From Clostridiales bacterium (GTDB taxonomy: Bacteria; Bacillota; Clostridia; Saccharofermentanales; Saccharofermentanaceae), in the NCBI GenBank assembly GCA_017428155.1, contig JAFRRJ010000007.1, forward strand, positions 8,357 through 72,356: a DNA stretch of 64,000 nt, written 5' to 3'. Positions 55,180-64,000 of the stretch are shown in pieces (the first letter of the stretch is position 1; every line of letters begins with the position of its first letter). A program made the translations under genes and the position numbers. Under the pieces are notes generated by a model. The model was not told where the DNA came from, did not search any database, and saw nothing but the letters and a program-made list of their open reading frames with translations.

Positions 55180-56328
55180 TCACAATCCAGGAATACTATA
55201 AAGACAGGTTTCGGCAAGCATAACCACTAAAGATATAAGGATAAGGTAGAATGGAAGGCCGTCAATATATTTGGACTTTGATACGAAGATCAAGCGTCTT
55301 CTGATTACGGATAAGAGACCGGTCATTACAGTATCTGCGGCAACAATTAATACTATAGCAAGCAGAATGAGTGAGATTTTGGGCATTCCGGGACTTACAA
55401 GGAACAACATTGCCATAAATGCAGCAGCAAATGACACTTCGCTGATCAGATATCTGAGTCCGAAGATCGAACTTCTGAAATTATGTCTGGCAGCATATAC
55501 AAACACAGATCCGAACAGCAAAGCCGCAAATTCCGCCGCAGGAAGAGCCGTGATCCTGAACAGGTCAGAATCTGTAAAGATCATAAGAACATAAAGGGCT
55601 GCCGTGCAGATAAGGCAAACAAGCGTGAACTCTCCTCTTGCGCTTAAGAATCTCTTGAGTTCTATGACATCAGCTACGGGAATATCCCAGAATTCCGTAA
55701 GCTTTTTGGATGTCGCACATCTCGGCGTGCCTGAGATCTTGGAGATTGTCCAGCTCATCAGAATAAGGAACATTACTGATGCAAGAAGTGATACAAACAG
55801 ATATCTCTTCTCAAACACATAAGAGATCAGGGTTCCAAACAGTGAACATGCTACGGCAAGAACATAAGGAAGCATGACTTCGCTTCCGAATGACGGTCTC
55901 GTAAATGTATCGTTATCGTCGTCCTTGAATCTGGCAACTGACATTATTCCTATTGCCATCGGGATAAATCCCACAGCCGCATAAGGCCGGCAAAAGCCCA
56001 GACGGTATGAGTATTCACAGGCTGCTATAAACAAGCCAAGAACGAATGCGAACGAGATGACCGACAGATTACGGGGCATGAAGAATCTGAGCGTAAGAGA
56101 CCACAAAAGAAGACATGCAAAAGAGCATGCGACAGGCCACCAGATCGCCGTTCCGGAAAACAGATATTCTAAGCAAAGCGATATTATCGTATAACCCAGA
56201 AGGAGCGAACTTCTCGTAGTAAGGTATCTGGCAGGCCTTATATGAGCGGCAGACACCTTATCGTCGTATTTTTTCCTTGACTGCTCGTTATCGAACGGTG
56301 AATTGTATTTCTCGGTAAACAGGCCCAT
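55180..56328 (-). CDS. polytopic membrane protein, unknown function (last gene of the Rnf-like cluster)
   Basis: 382 aa with about 10 TM segments. I saw no RnfA/RnfE signature motifs. Confidence 0.5.
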   Translation of the reverse strand: MGLFTEKYNSPFDNEQSRKKYDDKVSAAHIRPARYLTTRSSLLLGYTIISLCLEYLFSGTAIWWPVACSFACLLLWSLTLRFFMPRNLSVISFAFVLGLFIAACEYSYRLGFCRPYAAVGFIPMAIGIMSVARFKDDDNDTFTRPSFGSEVMLPYVLAVACSLFGTLISYVFEKRYLFVSLLASVMFLILMSWTISKISGTPRCATSKKLTEFWDIPVADVIELKRFLSARGEFTLVCLICTAALYVLMIFTDSDLFRITALPAAEFAALLFGSVFVYAARHNFRSSIFGLRYLISEVSFAAAFMAMLFLVSPGMPKISLILLAIVLIVAADTVMTGLLSVIRRRLIFVSKSKYIDGLPFYLILISLVVMLAETCLYSIPGL

Positions 56329-56331
56329 ACG

Positions 56332-57690
56332 TTACACCTTCCAATTCAGATATTCCTTGAGGAATTTGTAACAAGTATTACAGGCCTTGATAACGGTTCT
56401 TGTCTGGTCGTATGCATAAGGCACAGGATCGATAAAAGAAGCCATCTCCGACATCGGAAGATCGTCAAGGCTGTTAGTGATGATCTGGCTGTCAGATCCG
56501 CCGCCAAAAGAAAGACCGTCTTCGCTTGCATCGTAGTTATCGGGATTGTTGCCGATATCACCTTGTTCTGTCTCATCGGGAGTGGTGTCGGGAGTATATG
56601 TCTCGTCTCCGCCAGTGCCATTGATATTAGCCTGGATTTGTCTCACGCCCATATAACCTACAGCTACTTCGTCATCGTTATAAACAGTATATATCTCAGG
56701 ATTCTTCTCAAACGAGAATACGACGTGACCGTCTGCGTTAACATATCCTAGCTCTTCAGCATCCTTCTCAAACAGATAGATACAGATATCGTCAAGACCG
56801 TTCATGTATTGGTCCTTGCCATACCCTGCCTGGGAATTTGCTATACATTCCTGTGCAAGTTCTACGAAAGGTCTGATATCACAGGTAACACCGTCAACGA
56901 TATCGGTTGTACCGTCCGACTTCATCGCAAGACGGTCAGGATCCTGGCATTCAAGAAGAGCGTGACAGAGATTATACGACTGTGTAGCCCAGTCAAGTCC
57001 GGAGATGAGATAAGCACCCTTAAGTGAGGCTTCACTCCTGTCCTGGTTAGTCTTATCGGTACTGAAAGCATCCCACTTTACCTTTGTGATGACACCGTCA
57101 ACAACCTCCATCTCGACATAGTCGATATAGCGGCTCCTGTCGTCAAAAAGACGCTGTGCGTAGTAGACTCCGTCGTTTAATCCCTTAAGAGTGTATCTCT
57201 CGGATTTATCGTCATCATCAACCTTCTCCTCCGACACAAAAGCTACCGGGATCTGCTTGCCGATAAGTCTTTCCTTGATGAGAGCCATATCACTGTCGCT
57301 GATCGTATAATCGTTATCCCCGTCACCCGGAAGCAAAGACAGTCCGGATACTCTGGTACTCTCGTATTCAAGTGCAACAAGGATCGGCAGATCCTTGCCG
57401 CCCGGAGACTGAACGGTAAGATCGACAACGTATCCTTCGGGAATTCCCGTATCGCTGTAACCGATATAAACACCGTCTATCTCAGGGAAATCCGCTAAGG
57501 CTTTGCTCTTGATCTTCTCATATGAAGAAGCGTCCAGAACCCCGGAGAATTTGGACTGATATTCATTCTGAATACGCTTGTTAGCGTTATCGGACGATAT
57601 GAAGTAACCTCCCGCAACAAGCGCAGCGCCAAGGATAAAGAGAAGTATGGCTTCTGTGATGAACTGCTTAAGCTGTGAATGCGTCATCAT
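56332..57690 (-). CDS. membrane-anchored extracytoplasmic protein occupying the RnfG position (no SGAT flavinylation motif seen)
   Basis: 452 aa. N-terminal TM segment (AILLFILGAALVAGGYFI). Overlaps the RnfD-like stop by 4 nt. Confidence 0.45.
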   Translation of the reverse strand: MMTHSQLKQFITEAILLFILGAALVAGGYFISSDNANKRIQNEYQSKFSGVLDASSYEKIKSKALADFPEIDGVYIGYSDTGIPEGYVVDLTVQSPGGKDLPILVALEYESTRVSGLSLLPGDGDNDYTISDSDMALIKERLIGKQIPVAFVSEEKVDDDDKSERYTLKGLNDGVYYAQRLFDDRSRYIDYVEMEVVDGVITKVKWDAFSTDKTNQDRSEASLKGAYLISGLDWATQSYNLCHALLECQDPDRLAMKSDGTTDIVDGVTCDIRPFVELAQECIANSQAGYGKDQYMNGLDDICIYLFEKDAEELGYVNADGHVVFSFEKNPEIYTVYNDDEVAVGYMGVRQIQANINGTGGDETYTPDTTPDETEQGDIGNNPDNYDASEDGLSFGGGSDSQIITNSLDDLPMSEMASFIDPVPYAYDQTRTVIKACNTCYKFLKEYLNWKV

Positions 57691-58670
57691 GATAGATCAG
57701 CCTCCCTGGAACGGATCTTGCGTCTGGAAAGAGTTTTCGAGAAAAAGTCTAGCACAAACGCAAGGAAATTAACTGCAAGGACAGGTGCCAGAAGCGATAC
57801 GACCGGGCTTAAGAACGGTCTTGTTATCAATGTCAGGATACCGCATAATACGCCGGCGAAAACTCCGGATGTAAATCTTGAAGGCATCGTGGTCATATCG
57901 CCCAACAAGAATACCGCTACGAAGACCGCGCCTGAAGAAAGGAGATAAACCAGCATTCCGTCAAAACCGAATGTCTTTGTCTCGATAAGCCTCGAAAAAG
58001 GATAAAGCGTAAGAAGCGTCAATATGTAAGATACGGGAGAATATAGCCTCATTGTGCCTTTTAAAGTAAGGTATACTCCGCCTGCCACAATGCAGATAAA
58101 GCAGGCTGTGCCGATAAGGCTCGGATAGTTACCGGTTATAAGTTCGCTGAAAGAGAACGGTGTATAGTCCGGAAGCGTTCCCGGCTTGCCCTGAACGACA
58201 AGACTCACCAATGATAATCTTGAATTATCCTCGCCGTAAGAGAAGCCCTGTGTAGCCGAAGGCATTACGAGTTCAATGAATAAACGGCCCGCACAAGCAG
58301 GATTCAATATGTTGCTTCCCGCACCTCCGAATACCTGCTTAGTAATAACAGATGCAAACAACACCGCTATCAAAGCTGTAAGAAGCGTTGTATCCGGCGG
58401 CAGAAGAAGAGCCAGAAGCAGGCCTTCGACAAGCGAACTTACGTCGAAATAATTGCTGCCTTTCCTTCTTCCGGTAAATCTCATACAGAAATTGTCCGAA
58501 AGCACAAAAGCCGACATAGAGAACAATATAAGAACCGCAGCTCTTAAGCCGTAGTAGAAGATGCCGCACACGATGCACGGAACAAGAGATGCAAGAAGAG
58601 TCATATAGATATACGGAGCACTTTTCTCCGTATGTATAAATGGCGCAAGCTGTCTCTTATCTATACTCAT
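57687..58670 (-). CDS. RnfD/NqrB-family membrane protein (diverged)
   Basis: 327 aa. N-terminus PFIHTEKSAPYIYMTLLASLVPCIVCGIFYYG, NPACAGRLF and a GGVYL-type block. The canonical TGATPL flavin-attachment region is not recognisable. Confidence 0.65.
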   Translation of the reverse strand: MSIDKRQLAPFIHTEKSAPYIYMTLLASLVPCIVCGIFYYGLRAAVLILFSMSAFVLSDNFCMRFTGRRKGSNYFDVSSLVEGLLLALLLPPDTTLLTALIAVLFASVITKQVFGGAGSNILNPACAGRLFIELVMPSATQGFSYGEDNSRLSLVSLVVQGKPGTLPDYTPFSFSELITGNYPSLIGTACFICIVAGGVYLTLKGTMRLYSPVSYILTLLTLYPFSRLIETKTFGFDGMLVYLLSSGAVFVAVFLLGDMTTMPSRFTSGVFAGVLCGILTLITRPFLSPVVSLLAPVLAVNFLAFVLDFFSKTLSRRKIRSREADLS

Positions 58671-60187
58671 ACTTCCTTATCCTTCTCAAAAGGCAGCGTT
58701 ATCGCATCGGGAGAGACAGTCTTCCTGTCTTCACCGCCGTCGGGATAATCCTCAAGGAGTGACGCTTCACCGACATAGTATGACTTAAAGTCTTCCACAA
58801 CTCTGTCACCGGCTCCGCTGTTATCGAGGAGCGAATTGACTTCGATGACTCTTCCTTCTCCCGCAAAACTGGCAATAGCAGTCGTAAGATTAATGCCGGC
58901 AGGACAAACGTAAGAACAGGACCCGCAGGATATGCACTCTCTTGCACCCTCTTCAGCAGCCTTCTGCTTCAGACCCTGATTGAGCATCTCATAGATGGTA
59001 TTGGGCGACAGGTTCATCGGGCAGCACTCGGAACAAAGACCGCAGTGAATACAAGGTGTCCTCGGAACCTCATTGCGTCTTACAACGGAAATTACGGATG
59101 TTGTCTTAACGACAGGCGTTCTCTCGGGATCTAAAATCTCTATGCCGGTCAGGCAGTTGCCCCATATGATCCTGTCACTGCCGTTCTTGATATCCTGGGC
59201 ATTTATCAGGAGCTCGGAAACCGGCGTTCCAATGGGGACGAGCATGTTATGTCCGCCCGAAGCATCTCCTGTTACGGACACTATCCTGCTCATCATAGGG
59301 ATGTTGTCTGATAAGGCCTCCCAGCAGGCAAGCATCGTAGAACAGTTGAAAAGAACTGCGCTGCATGACTTCTCGATAGTCTCGCCTACAGCAAGGTTCT
59401 TTCCGTATAAAGCTCTCGCGACCAGCCTGTAGTAGCCCTGGGGGAAACGTTCCCTAAACAGTTTTATATCGAATTCAAGATCCTTAAAGTCATCTTTGAT
59501 CTTTTCTATGGAGTTTAATAGTGCCACCCTTTGCTCTTTACGGTTCTCGGAGATAAGGAACATACATCTTGAAGCCCCTACCGCTCTCGCACAGGCACAT
59601 GAACCCAGAACAACATAGTCCGGGTATTCTGTTATCGCGACCAGATCGGATGTGGAATAAGGTTCACTCTGAAGACAGTTGACCAGAAAATCCCTCACGT
59701 TCTCAGTCCTTGCTCTTTTTAGCTTTGCGGCTGTAGGAATACCCTCACCGCCCATTCCGCAGATACCGGCAGCCCTTATGATGCCGATAGCTTCGCTGGC
59801 GGAGAGCTTGAAGCCTGATCTCGGCTTCAGGGAATCAAGCCTTGTACGCTTCATGTCACTTACTATTGTGACAGCAGGAGTCAGTATTCCGTTAGGAAGT
59901 CTTATATCGGATATCTCCGATACTCTTCCCGATATTCCGCTGTGAACCGGAACTGAGAATGATCCCTTCTCCGGAACACCGACACACTGGCCGACTCTGA
60001 CATAATCACCCTCTTTGACAGCGGGGATCGCCGGAACACCGTAGTGCATCTTCATAGGAAGGATGATCTTCGAAGGATATACCCTCTCGAACATGATCTC
60101 CTTGACAAAAGGGGAACGCTTCGAAAAGTTCAAAACGTCCCCTGTAAATAGTCCTCTGTAAAATGAATACCGTCTTCTGTCTGCCAC
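58667..60187 (-). CDS. RnfC-like iron-sulfur subunit
   Basis: RnfC_N barrel (PMKMHYGVPAIPAVKEGDYVRVGQ), GMGGEGIPTAAKL, and two 4Fe-4S motifs: CIHCGLCSECCP and CISCGSCSYVCP. GTG start. Confidence 0.75.
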   Translation of the reverse strand: MADRRRYSFYRGLFTGDVLNFSKRSPFVKEIMFERVYPSKIILPMKMHYGVPAIPAVKEGDYVRVGQCVGVPEKGSFSVPVHSGISGRVSEISDIRLPNGILTPAVTIVSDMKRTRLDSLKPRSGFKLSASEAIGIIRAAGICGMGGEGIPTAAKLKRARTENVRDFLVNCLQSEPYSTSDLVAITEYPDYVVLGSCACARAVGASRCMFLISENRKEQRVALLNSIEKIKDDFKDLEFDIKLFRERFPQGYYRLVARALYGKNLAVGETIEKSCSAVLFNCSTMLACWEALSDNIPMMSRIVSVTGDASGGHNMLVPIGTPVSELLINAQDIKNGSDRIIWGNCLTGIEILDPERTPVVKTTSVISVVRRNEVPRTPCIHCGLCSECCPMNLSPNTIYEMLNQGLKQKAAEEGARECISCGSCSYVCPAGINLTTAIASFAGEGRVIEVNSLLDNSGAGDRVVEDFKSYYVGEASLLEDYPDGGEDRKTVSPDAITLPFEKDKEV

Positions 60188-60233
60188 TATTTAATTATCC
60201 CCGAAAAGGAAGGCTACTTAAACTGACGGCTTA

Positions 60234-61298
60234 TCAGTCGGAATAACCTTCGAGTTTCTTTGACTTAGGCGATCTGTTGAGCTTTCTGATAGCTTTTGCC
60301 TCGATCTGTCTGATACGCTCACGAGTAACGCCGAGCTTCTTGCCGACCTGCTCAAGAGTCATAGGAACACCGTCCTTAAGACCGAATCTTAATTCGATAA
60401 CTCTTCTCTCCCTGTCAGTAAGACCGTTAAGAGCCTGAATAAGGTCTTCCTTAAGAAGGATCCTTGCAACCTCTTCTTCGGGTGCTGCAAGCTCATCGTT
60501 GGAGATGAAGTCAACAAGGTGGCTGTCTTCTTCCTCACCGACCGGCTTATCAATGGAGATAGGATCTTGTGAGATCTTCTGGATCTCTCTTATCTTCGCT
60601 TCGTCAATGCCCATAGCTTCAGCAAGTTCCTTTGTCGAAGGCTCTCTTCCGAGATCCTGTACGAGCTGGCGCTGAACCCTTGTGAGCTTGTTGATCGTCT
60701 CGACCATATGAACGGGGATTCTGATCGTTCTTGCCTGATCGGCAATAGCTCTGGTGATAGCCTGACGGATCCACCATGTCGCATATGTTGAGAACTTAAA
60801 TCCCTTTGTGTAGTCGAACTTGTCTACAGCCTTGATAAGACCGATATTGCCTTCCTGGATGAGATCGAGGAGCGACAAGCCGCGGTTCATGTATTTCTTT
60901 GCGATGGAGACTACAAGTCTCAGGTTTGAATTGATAAGGAGTTCTTTTGCCTCCTCATCGCCCTTAGCCATTCTCTGGGCGATATCCTTCTCCTGCTCTG
61001 CATCAAGAAGTTCGATCTTACCGATCTCCTTAAGATACATCTTGACCGAGTCATCGACGACATTAGCGTCATCCACATCACCATCAGCATCCGGATCGTC
61101 GTTATCAAGATCAGGATCGTTTATCTTTACGCCGCCGTTCTCAAGCTCAGCTCTGAGATTAATAAGCTCATCGGGTTCGATCTTATAAGAATCAGTCAAT
61201 GCCTCGAACTCAGTCTCGGTGATCTGATTCTCATTCTTCTCTGCGAATTTCTTTGCCTGTGCCAGCGCCTTTTCAAATTCTGTCATATGATGGTTCAC
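60234..61298 (-). CDS. sigA: RNA polymerase primary sigma factor
   Basis: Regions 1.2-4 are present: [54 protein letters not shown] and [20 protein letters not shown]. Confidence 0.97.
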   Translation of the reverse strand: MNHHMTEFEKALAQAKKFAEKNENQITETEFEALTDSYKIEPDELINLRAELENGGVKINDPDLDNDDPDADGDVDDANVVDDSVKMYLKEIGKIELLDAEQEKDIAQRMAKGDEEAKELLINSNLRLVVSIAKKYMNRGLSLLDLIQEGNIGLIKAVDKFDYTKGFKFSTYATWWIRQAITRAIADQARTIRIPVHMVETINKLTRVQRQLVQDLGREPSTKELAEAMGIDEAKIREIQKISQDPISIDKPVGEEEDSHLVDFISNDELAAPEEEVARILLKEDLIQALNGLTDRERRVIELRFGLKDGVPMTLEQVGKKLGVTRERIRQIEAKAIRKLNRSPKSKKLEGYSD

Positions 61299-61357
61299 CT
61301 CATAAAATCGGTTGTTTTTGTCTAATCAGATAAACCGCAAAATGCGGCAAACGGTGA

Positions 61358-62119
61358 TTATTTGCTCTCTTCAGTAGTCTCTATGATCTCCACAGGTTCC
61401 TGAACATCTTTTGTCAGACCATCTTCGTTGATGAAAAAGATAGTATCGGGAGTGTAGATATACATTTCAACATTGCCGGAATCCTCGCCGCGCTTGTCAG
61501 CACGGAGCTTGGAATAGTTGGAATAGAAAGCCCTGGCCTGCTCGTCAGTTACTCCGTCTGAAAGACCGAGCTTGACATACTGGCATGAAAGACCATAGAC
61601 ATTGACCTGTTTGTAATTAAACTCAGGATTCTCATCCTGACTTCCGGGTGCCTGTACATCAAATATACTGTCGATATCTGCCTTGATGGCTTCATTCAAT
61701 GACTTGCGGCTGAAGAAAAGCGGCAGAGCAATTGCAACGATAATGCCGACGAGAACAACAAGTCCTACGATCATTCCGATAACGAGCTTTTTGGGAGCCT
61801 TTACATCGTTAGGAGATATCTCAAATTCACTTGCCTTGAGCTTAAGGCTGTCAACCTGCTGCTGTTTGGAAACCTTGTCTCTGTTTACAGCCTTCTCAAC
61901 GAGATCTGGCATAACAGGATTGGAATAATAATGCTTGGCTCCTTCCTGCTTCTCAAACTTCTCATTCTTGAATTCATATCCTTCCGGATTCGCGAGGATT
62001 GCAGCAGCCTCCTCGGAAGGGAAAACACAATTACAGAAAACGCACTCGCAAAGATCGTCTCTGTCATCAAACATAACCAGCGAACCGCAGTTCCTGCACA
62101 TACCTTGTTTAGTCGCCAT
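61358..62119 (-). CDS. zinc-ribbon, single-TM membrane protein
   Basis: N-terminal CRNCGSLVMFDDRDDLCECVFCNCVF. TM segment LVIGMIVGLVVLVGIIVAIALPLFF. Confidence 0.6.
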   Translation of the reverse strand: MATKQGMCRNCGSLVMFDDRDDLCECVFCNCVFPSEEAAAILANPEGYEFKNEKFEKQEGAKHYYSNPVMPDLVEKAVNRDKVSKQQQVDSLKLKASEFEISPNDVKAPKKLVIGMIVGLVVLVGIIVAIALPLFFSRKSLNEAIKADIDSIFDVQAPGSQDENPEFNYKQVNVYGLSCQYVKLGLSDGVTDEQARAFYSNYSKLRADKRGEDSGNVEMYIYTPDTIFFINEDGLTKDVQEPVEIIETTEESK

Positions 62120-62380
62120 TAATTATTCGTCCTTTTGTCTTTAAGTATGCGCTTTAAGCATATCCGCATCCTACTTACGAACCGGGGATAAAGATAAAAA
62201 CGGGCCGTAAACACGGCATTCCCTCTCTGTAGGCATAGTTCTACTTATAGCAATCGTAAATTATAATATGCTAACAAAGAATCGTCAAGCATAATTTATT
62301 AATTACTTGACACCTGTATCTTCCCGTCTGTATTATTCTTCCTATCAACAAACCCTGTCAAAACAAGCGAGGACTTTTAC

Positions 62381-62908
62381 GTGCCAACCCGCAGATCCAG
62401 ATTATACCCTGACTTCAAGCCTTCCAGTGAACAGGAGAAGTTTATGCTCGAAGCCATCAAGGAAGCCGAGAAAGCTATAGATCTCGGTGAATGCCCGATC
62501 GGCTGCGTCATCGTAAAGGACGGAAGGATTTTTGTTAGGGCACACAACCTCCGCCTCACCAGAGGAAATGCTATTGCCCACGCCGAAGTCATAGCCATAG
62601 ACAAGGCCTGCAGAAAGCTCGGCGACTGGAGACTTGAGGACATGGATATGTATGTCACTTTAGAGCCGTGCACCATGTGTTCAGGGGCGATAATCCAGTC
62701 AAGGATCCGCAAAGTGTATTTCGGGGCATACGAACCCAAGAGCGGGGCTGTAGTCTCCTGTAATGATATTTTCGATGTATCACACGGTCATAACCATAAA
62801 GTGGAATTCGAAGGCGGCATCCTCGAGAAACAATGCTCGCAAATGATGCTCGACTTCTTCCGTGCAATCAGGAAACGCGATGCAGGCAAAAAGCGCCGGG
62901 ATCAATAA
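62381..62908 (+). CDS. tadA: tRNA-specific adenosine deaminase
   Basis: HAEVIAI and TLEPCTMCSGAI zinc-binding motifs. GTG start at 62381; an alternative ATG is at 62444. Confidence 0.9.
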   Translation: MPTRRSRLYPDFKPSSEQEKFMLEAIKEAEKAIDLGECPIGCVIVKDGRIFVRAHNLRLTRGNAIAHAEVIAIDKACRKLGDWRLEDMDMYVTLEPCTMCSGAIIQSRIRKVYFGAYEPKSGAVVSCNDIFDVSHGHNHKVEFEGGILEKQCSQMMLDFFRAIRKRDAGKKRRDQ

Positions 62909-64000
62909 ACTTCGACAAACTCACCGTAACGCACAAGGTATAAGAGCTTATGAGAGACTTCTATGCCGTCTTTTCTGCATGCGGCAGCATAACTGTTAAG
63001 CTGGAACGCGTGCCTTTCCGAAGCTTCCTTAGCGCGTTCATCTGAGCTGTCGCCTCCTAAGCGGTCGGTCTTGAAATCCAGGATAGTATATCCTTCAGAA
63101 GTCTTGTAGATCAGGTCGATTATTCCCTGAACCAGAGCCGAATCACCTTCTGTCCCGTTAATGTAAACGGAGAATACTATAGGCTTCTCGGAATGTGCCG
63201 TTCCTTCGTCAAAGCTCTTAATGATCTCGCCGCATCTGTCATCTTTAACAACTGCCATTATTCCGTCTTCAAATTCATTTGCAACCTCAAGAGCATCCGA
63301 AGGAGAACAGATATTGAGATACCCGCTCTTTACCAGATCCTTTATCTCATCGTCAAATGAGATATCTCCGTTCCTCAAGCCTTCAAGATCAATGAATCTC
63401 ATTATCCTGTGAAGTATCGTACCTCTGTTCGCAGCCGTGAGCACCGACACATTCGGGGTCTCAAAATCATCGATGCTCCTTATCTCCATATCTACGTGCG
63501 TAGTATCAGACGGCCTCCTGTCACCTGATATTCCGGTTACGGAGACCTTGAACGGTATATCAACGCTTTCCTGATATCTGTAATCAGGCAGGATCAGCTT
63601 CCCCTCACTGTTAAACTCAGCGCTGCAATTAACGGATTCTTCCTCTGCTTTTGCATTCTCCGCTTCCGGATCTTTGTAAGCACCATAGAAGGCTTCCACC
63701 TTCTCAGCAGGTATCTTAACAACCTCATATCCCGTTGTCTCATTGCCGTCAAGATCCGTGAACGGAACGGCAACGGAAGGATCAAGATTACCGGAACGCG
63801 CCAGATCCCTTAACTCATCTCCGTCTCTGCTCCTTGCAAGCGCACTGAAAAAACAGTAAGGAAGTTTCATGTCTCCTGCGAGCCAATGCCTCCTGTCGAA
63901 TGATCTTTCCCCGTAATCTATTGCCTGTGTGAACGCCTTGCGCAAAGGGCTTGACTTGCTGTCATCTTCAAAATCACAGCATGTGATCACGGAAAGACTC
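62902..64000 (-). CDS. addA: C-terminal RecB-type nuclease domain of helicase-nuclease AddA (5' part lies beyond the window)
   Basis: PD-(D/E)xK block LVQGIIDLIYKTSEGYTILDFKTDRL plus QLNSYAAA. The reading frame stays open to the window edge. Confidence 0.7.
   Translation of the reverse strand, partial: SLSVITCCDFEDDSKSSPLRKAFTQAIDYGERSFDRRHWLAGDMKLPYCFFSALARSRDGDELRDLARSGNLDPSVAVPFTDLDGNETTGYEVVKIPAEKVEAFYGAYKDPEAENAKAEEESVNCSAEFNSEGKLILPDYRYQESVDIPFKVSVTGISGDRRPSDTTHVDMEIRSIDDFETPNVSVLTAANRGTILHRIMRFIDLEGLRNGDISFDDEIKDLVKSGYLNICSPSDALEVANEFEDGIMAVVKDDRCGEIIKSFDEGTAHSEKPIVFSVYINGTEGDSALVQGIIDLIYKTSEGYTILDFKTDRLGGDSSDERAKEASERHAFQLNSYAAACRKDGIEVSHKLLYLVRYGEFVEVY

Overview
The window looks like a chromosomal segment of a low-GC Gram-positive anaerobe, probably Clostridia and Lachnospiraceae-like. 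The taxon is inferred only from gene content and signals: an AddA nuclease, SigA, a Cheo-type LexA box at recA, and GGAGG ribosome-binding sites.

Conserved backbone:
- Positions 1-20.2 kb are housekeeping genes: acpP, pgsA, rimO, recX-recA, a translationally coupled proC-rnhA-nudF-ftsK-cinA(C)-murJ chain, tRNA-Trp, citrate synthase and a lysA-like decarboxylase.
- Positions 27-38 kb and 55-64 kb are also largely conserved. They hold SDRs, superoxide reductase, an alanine racemase-like gene, rlmI, an RnfC/RnfD-like cluster behind sigA, tadA and the addA 3' end.

Accessory segments:
1. About 20.27-26.7 kb is a compact element. It carries a terminal large serine recombinase, a TnpW-like gene and a BlaI/BlaR1-type repressor/sensor pair. 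Its roughly 1 kb non-coding right end contains an unannotated 27-codon hydrophobic ORF with a convergent antisense promoter and terminator (type I toxin-antitoxin-like), plus a roughly 210 bp long-stem inverted-repeat structure. The recombinase operon has a near-consensus promoter directly abutted by a LexA-box-like palindrome.
2. About 38.4-54.9 kb is a run of small-molecule-modifying enzymes followed by many hypothetical, lipoprotein and zinc-ribbon membrane proteins. It ends at tRNA-Arg(CCT). The 3' 45 nt of that tRNA are duplicated 1.7 kb away, which is an att-type signature of an integrase-less island remnant.

Other non-coding signals are a four-copy 52 bp tandem repeat between convergent terminators (18.08-18.29 kb) and a CGAGAAA repeat set in the promoter of a DUF2975/XRE operon.

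I saw no rRNA genes or CRISPR arrays. All functional calls rest on motif recognition by eye. No database search or folding computation was possible.
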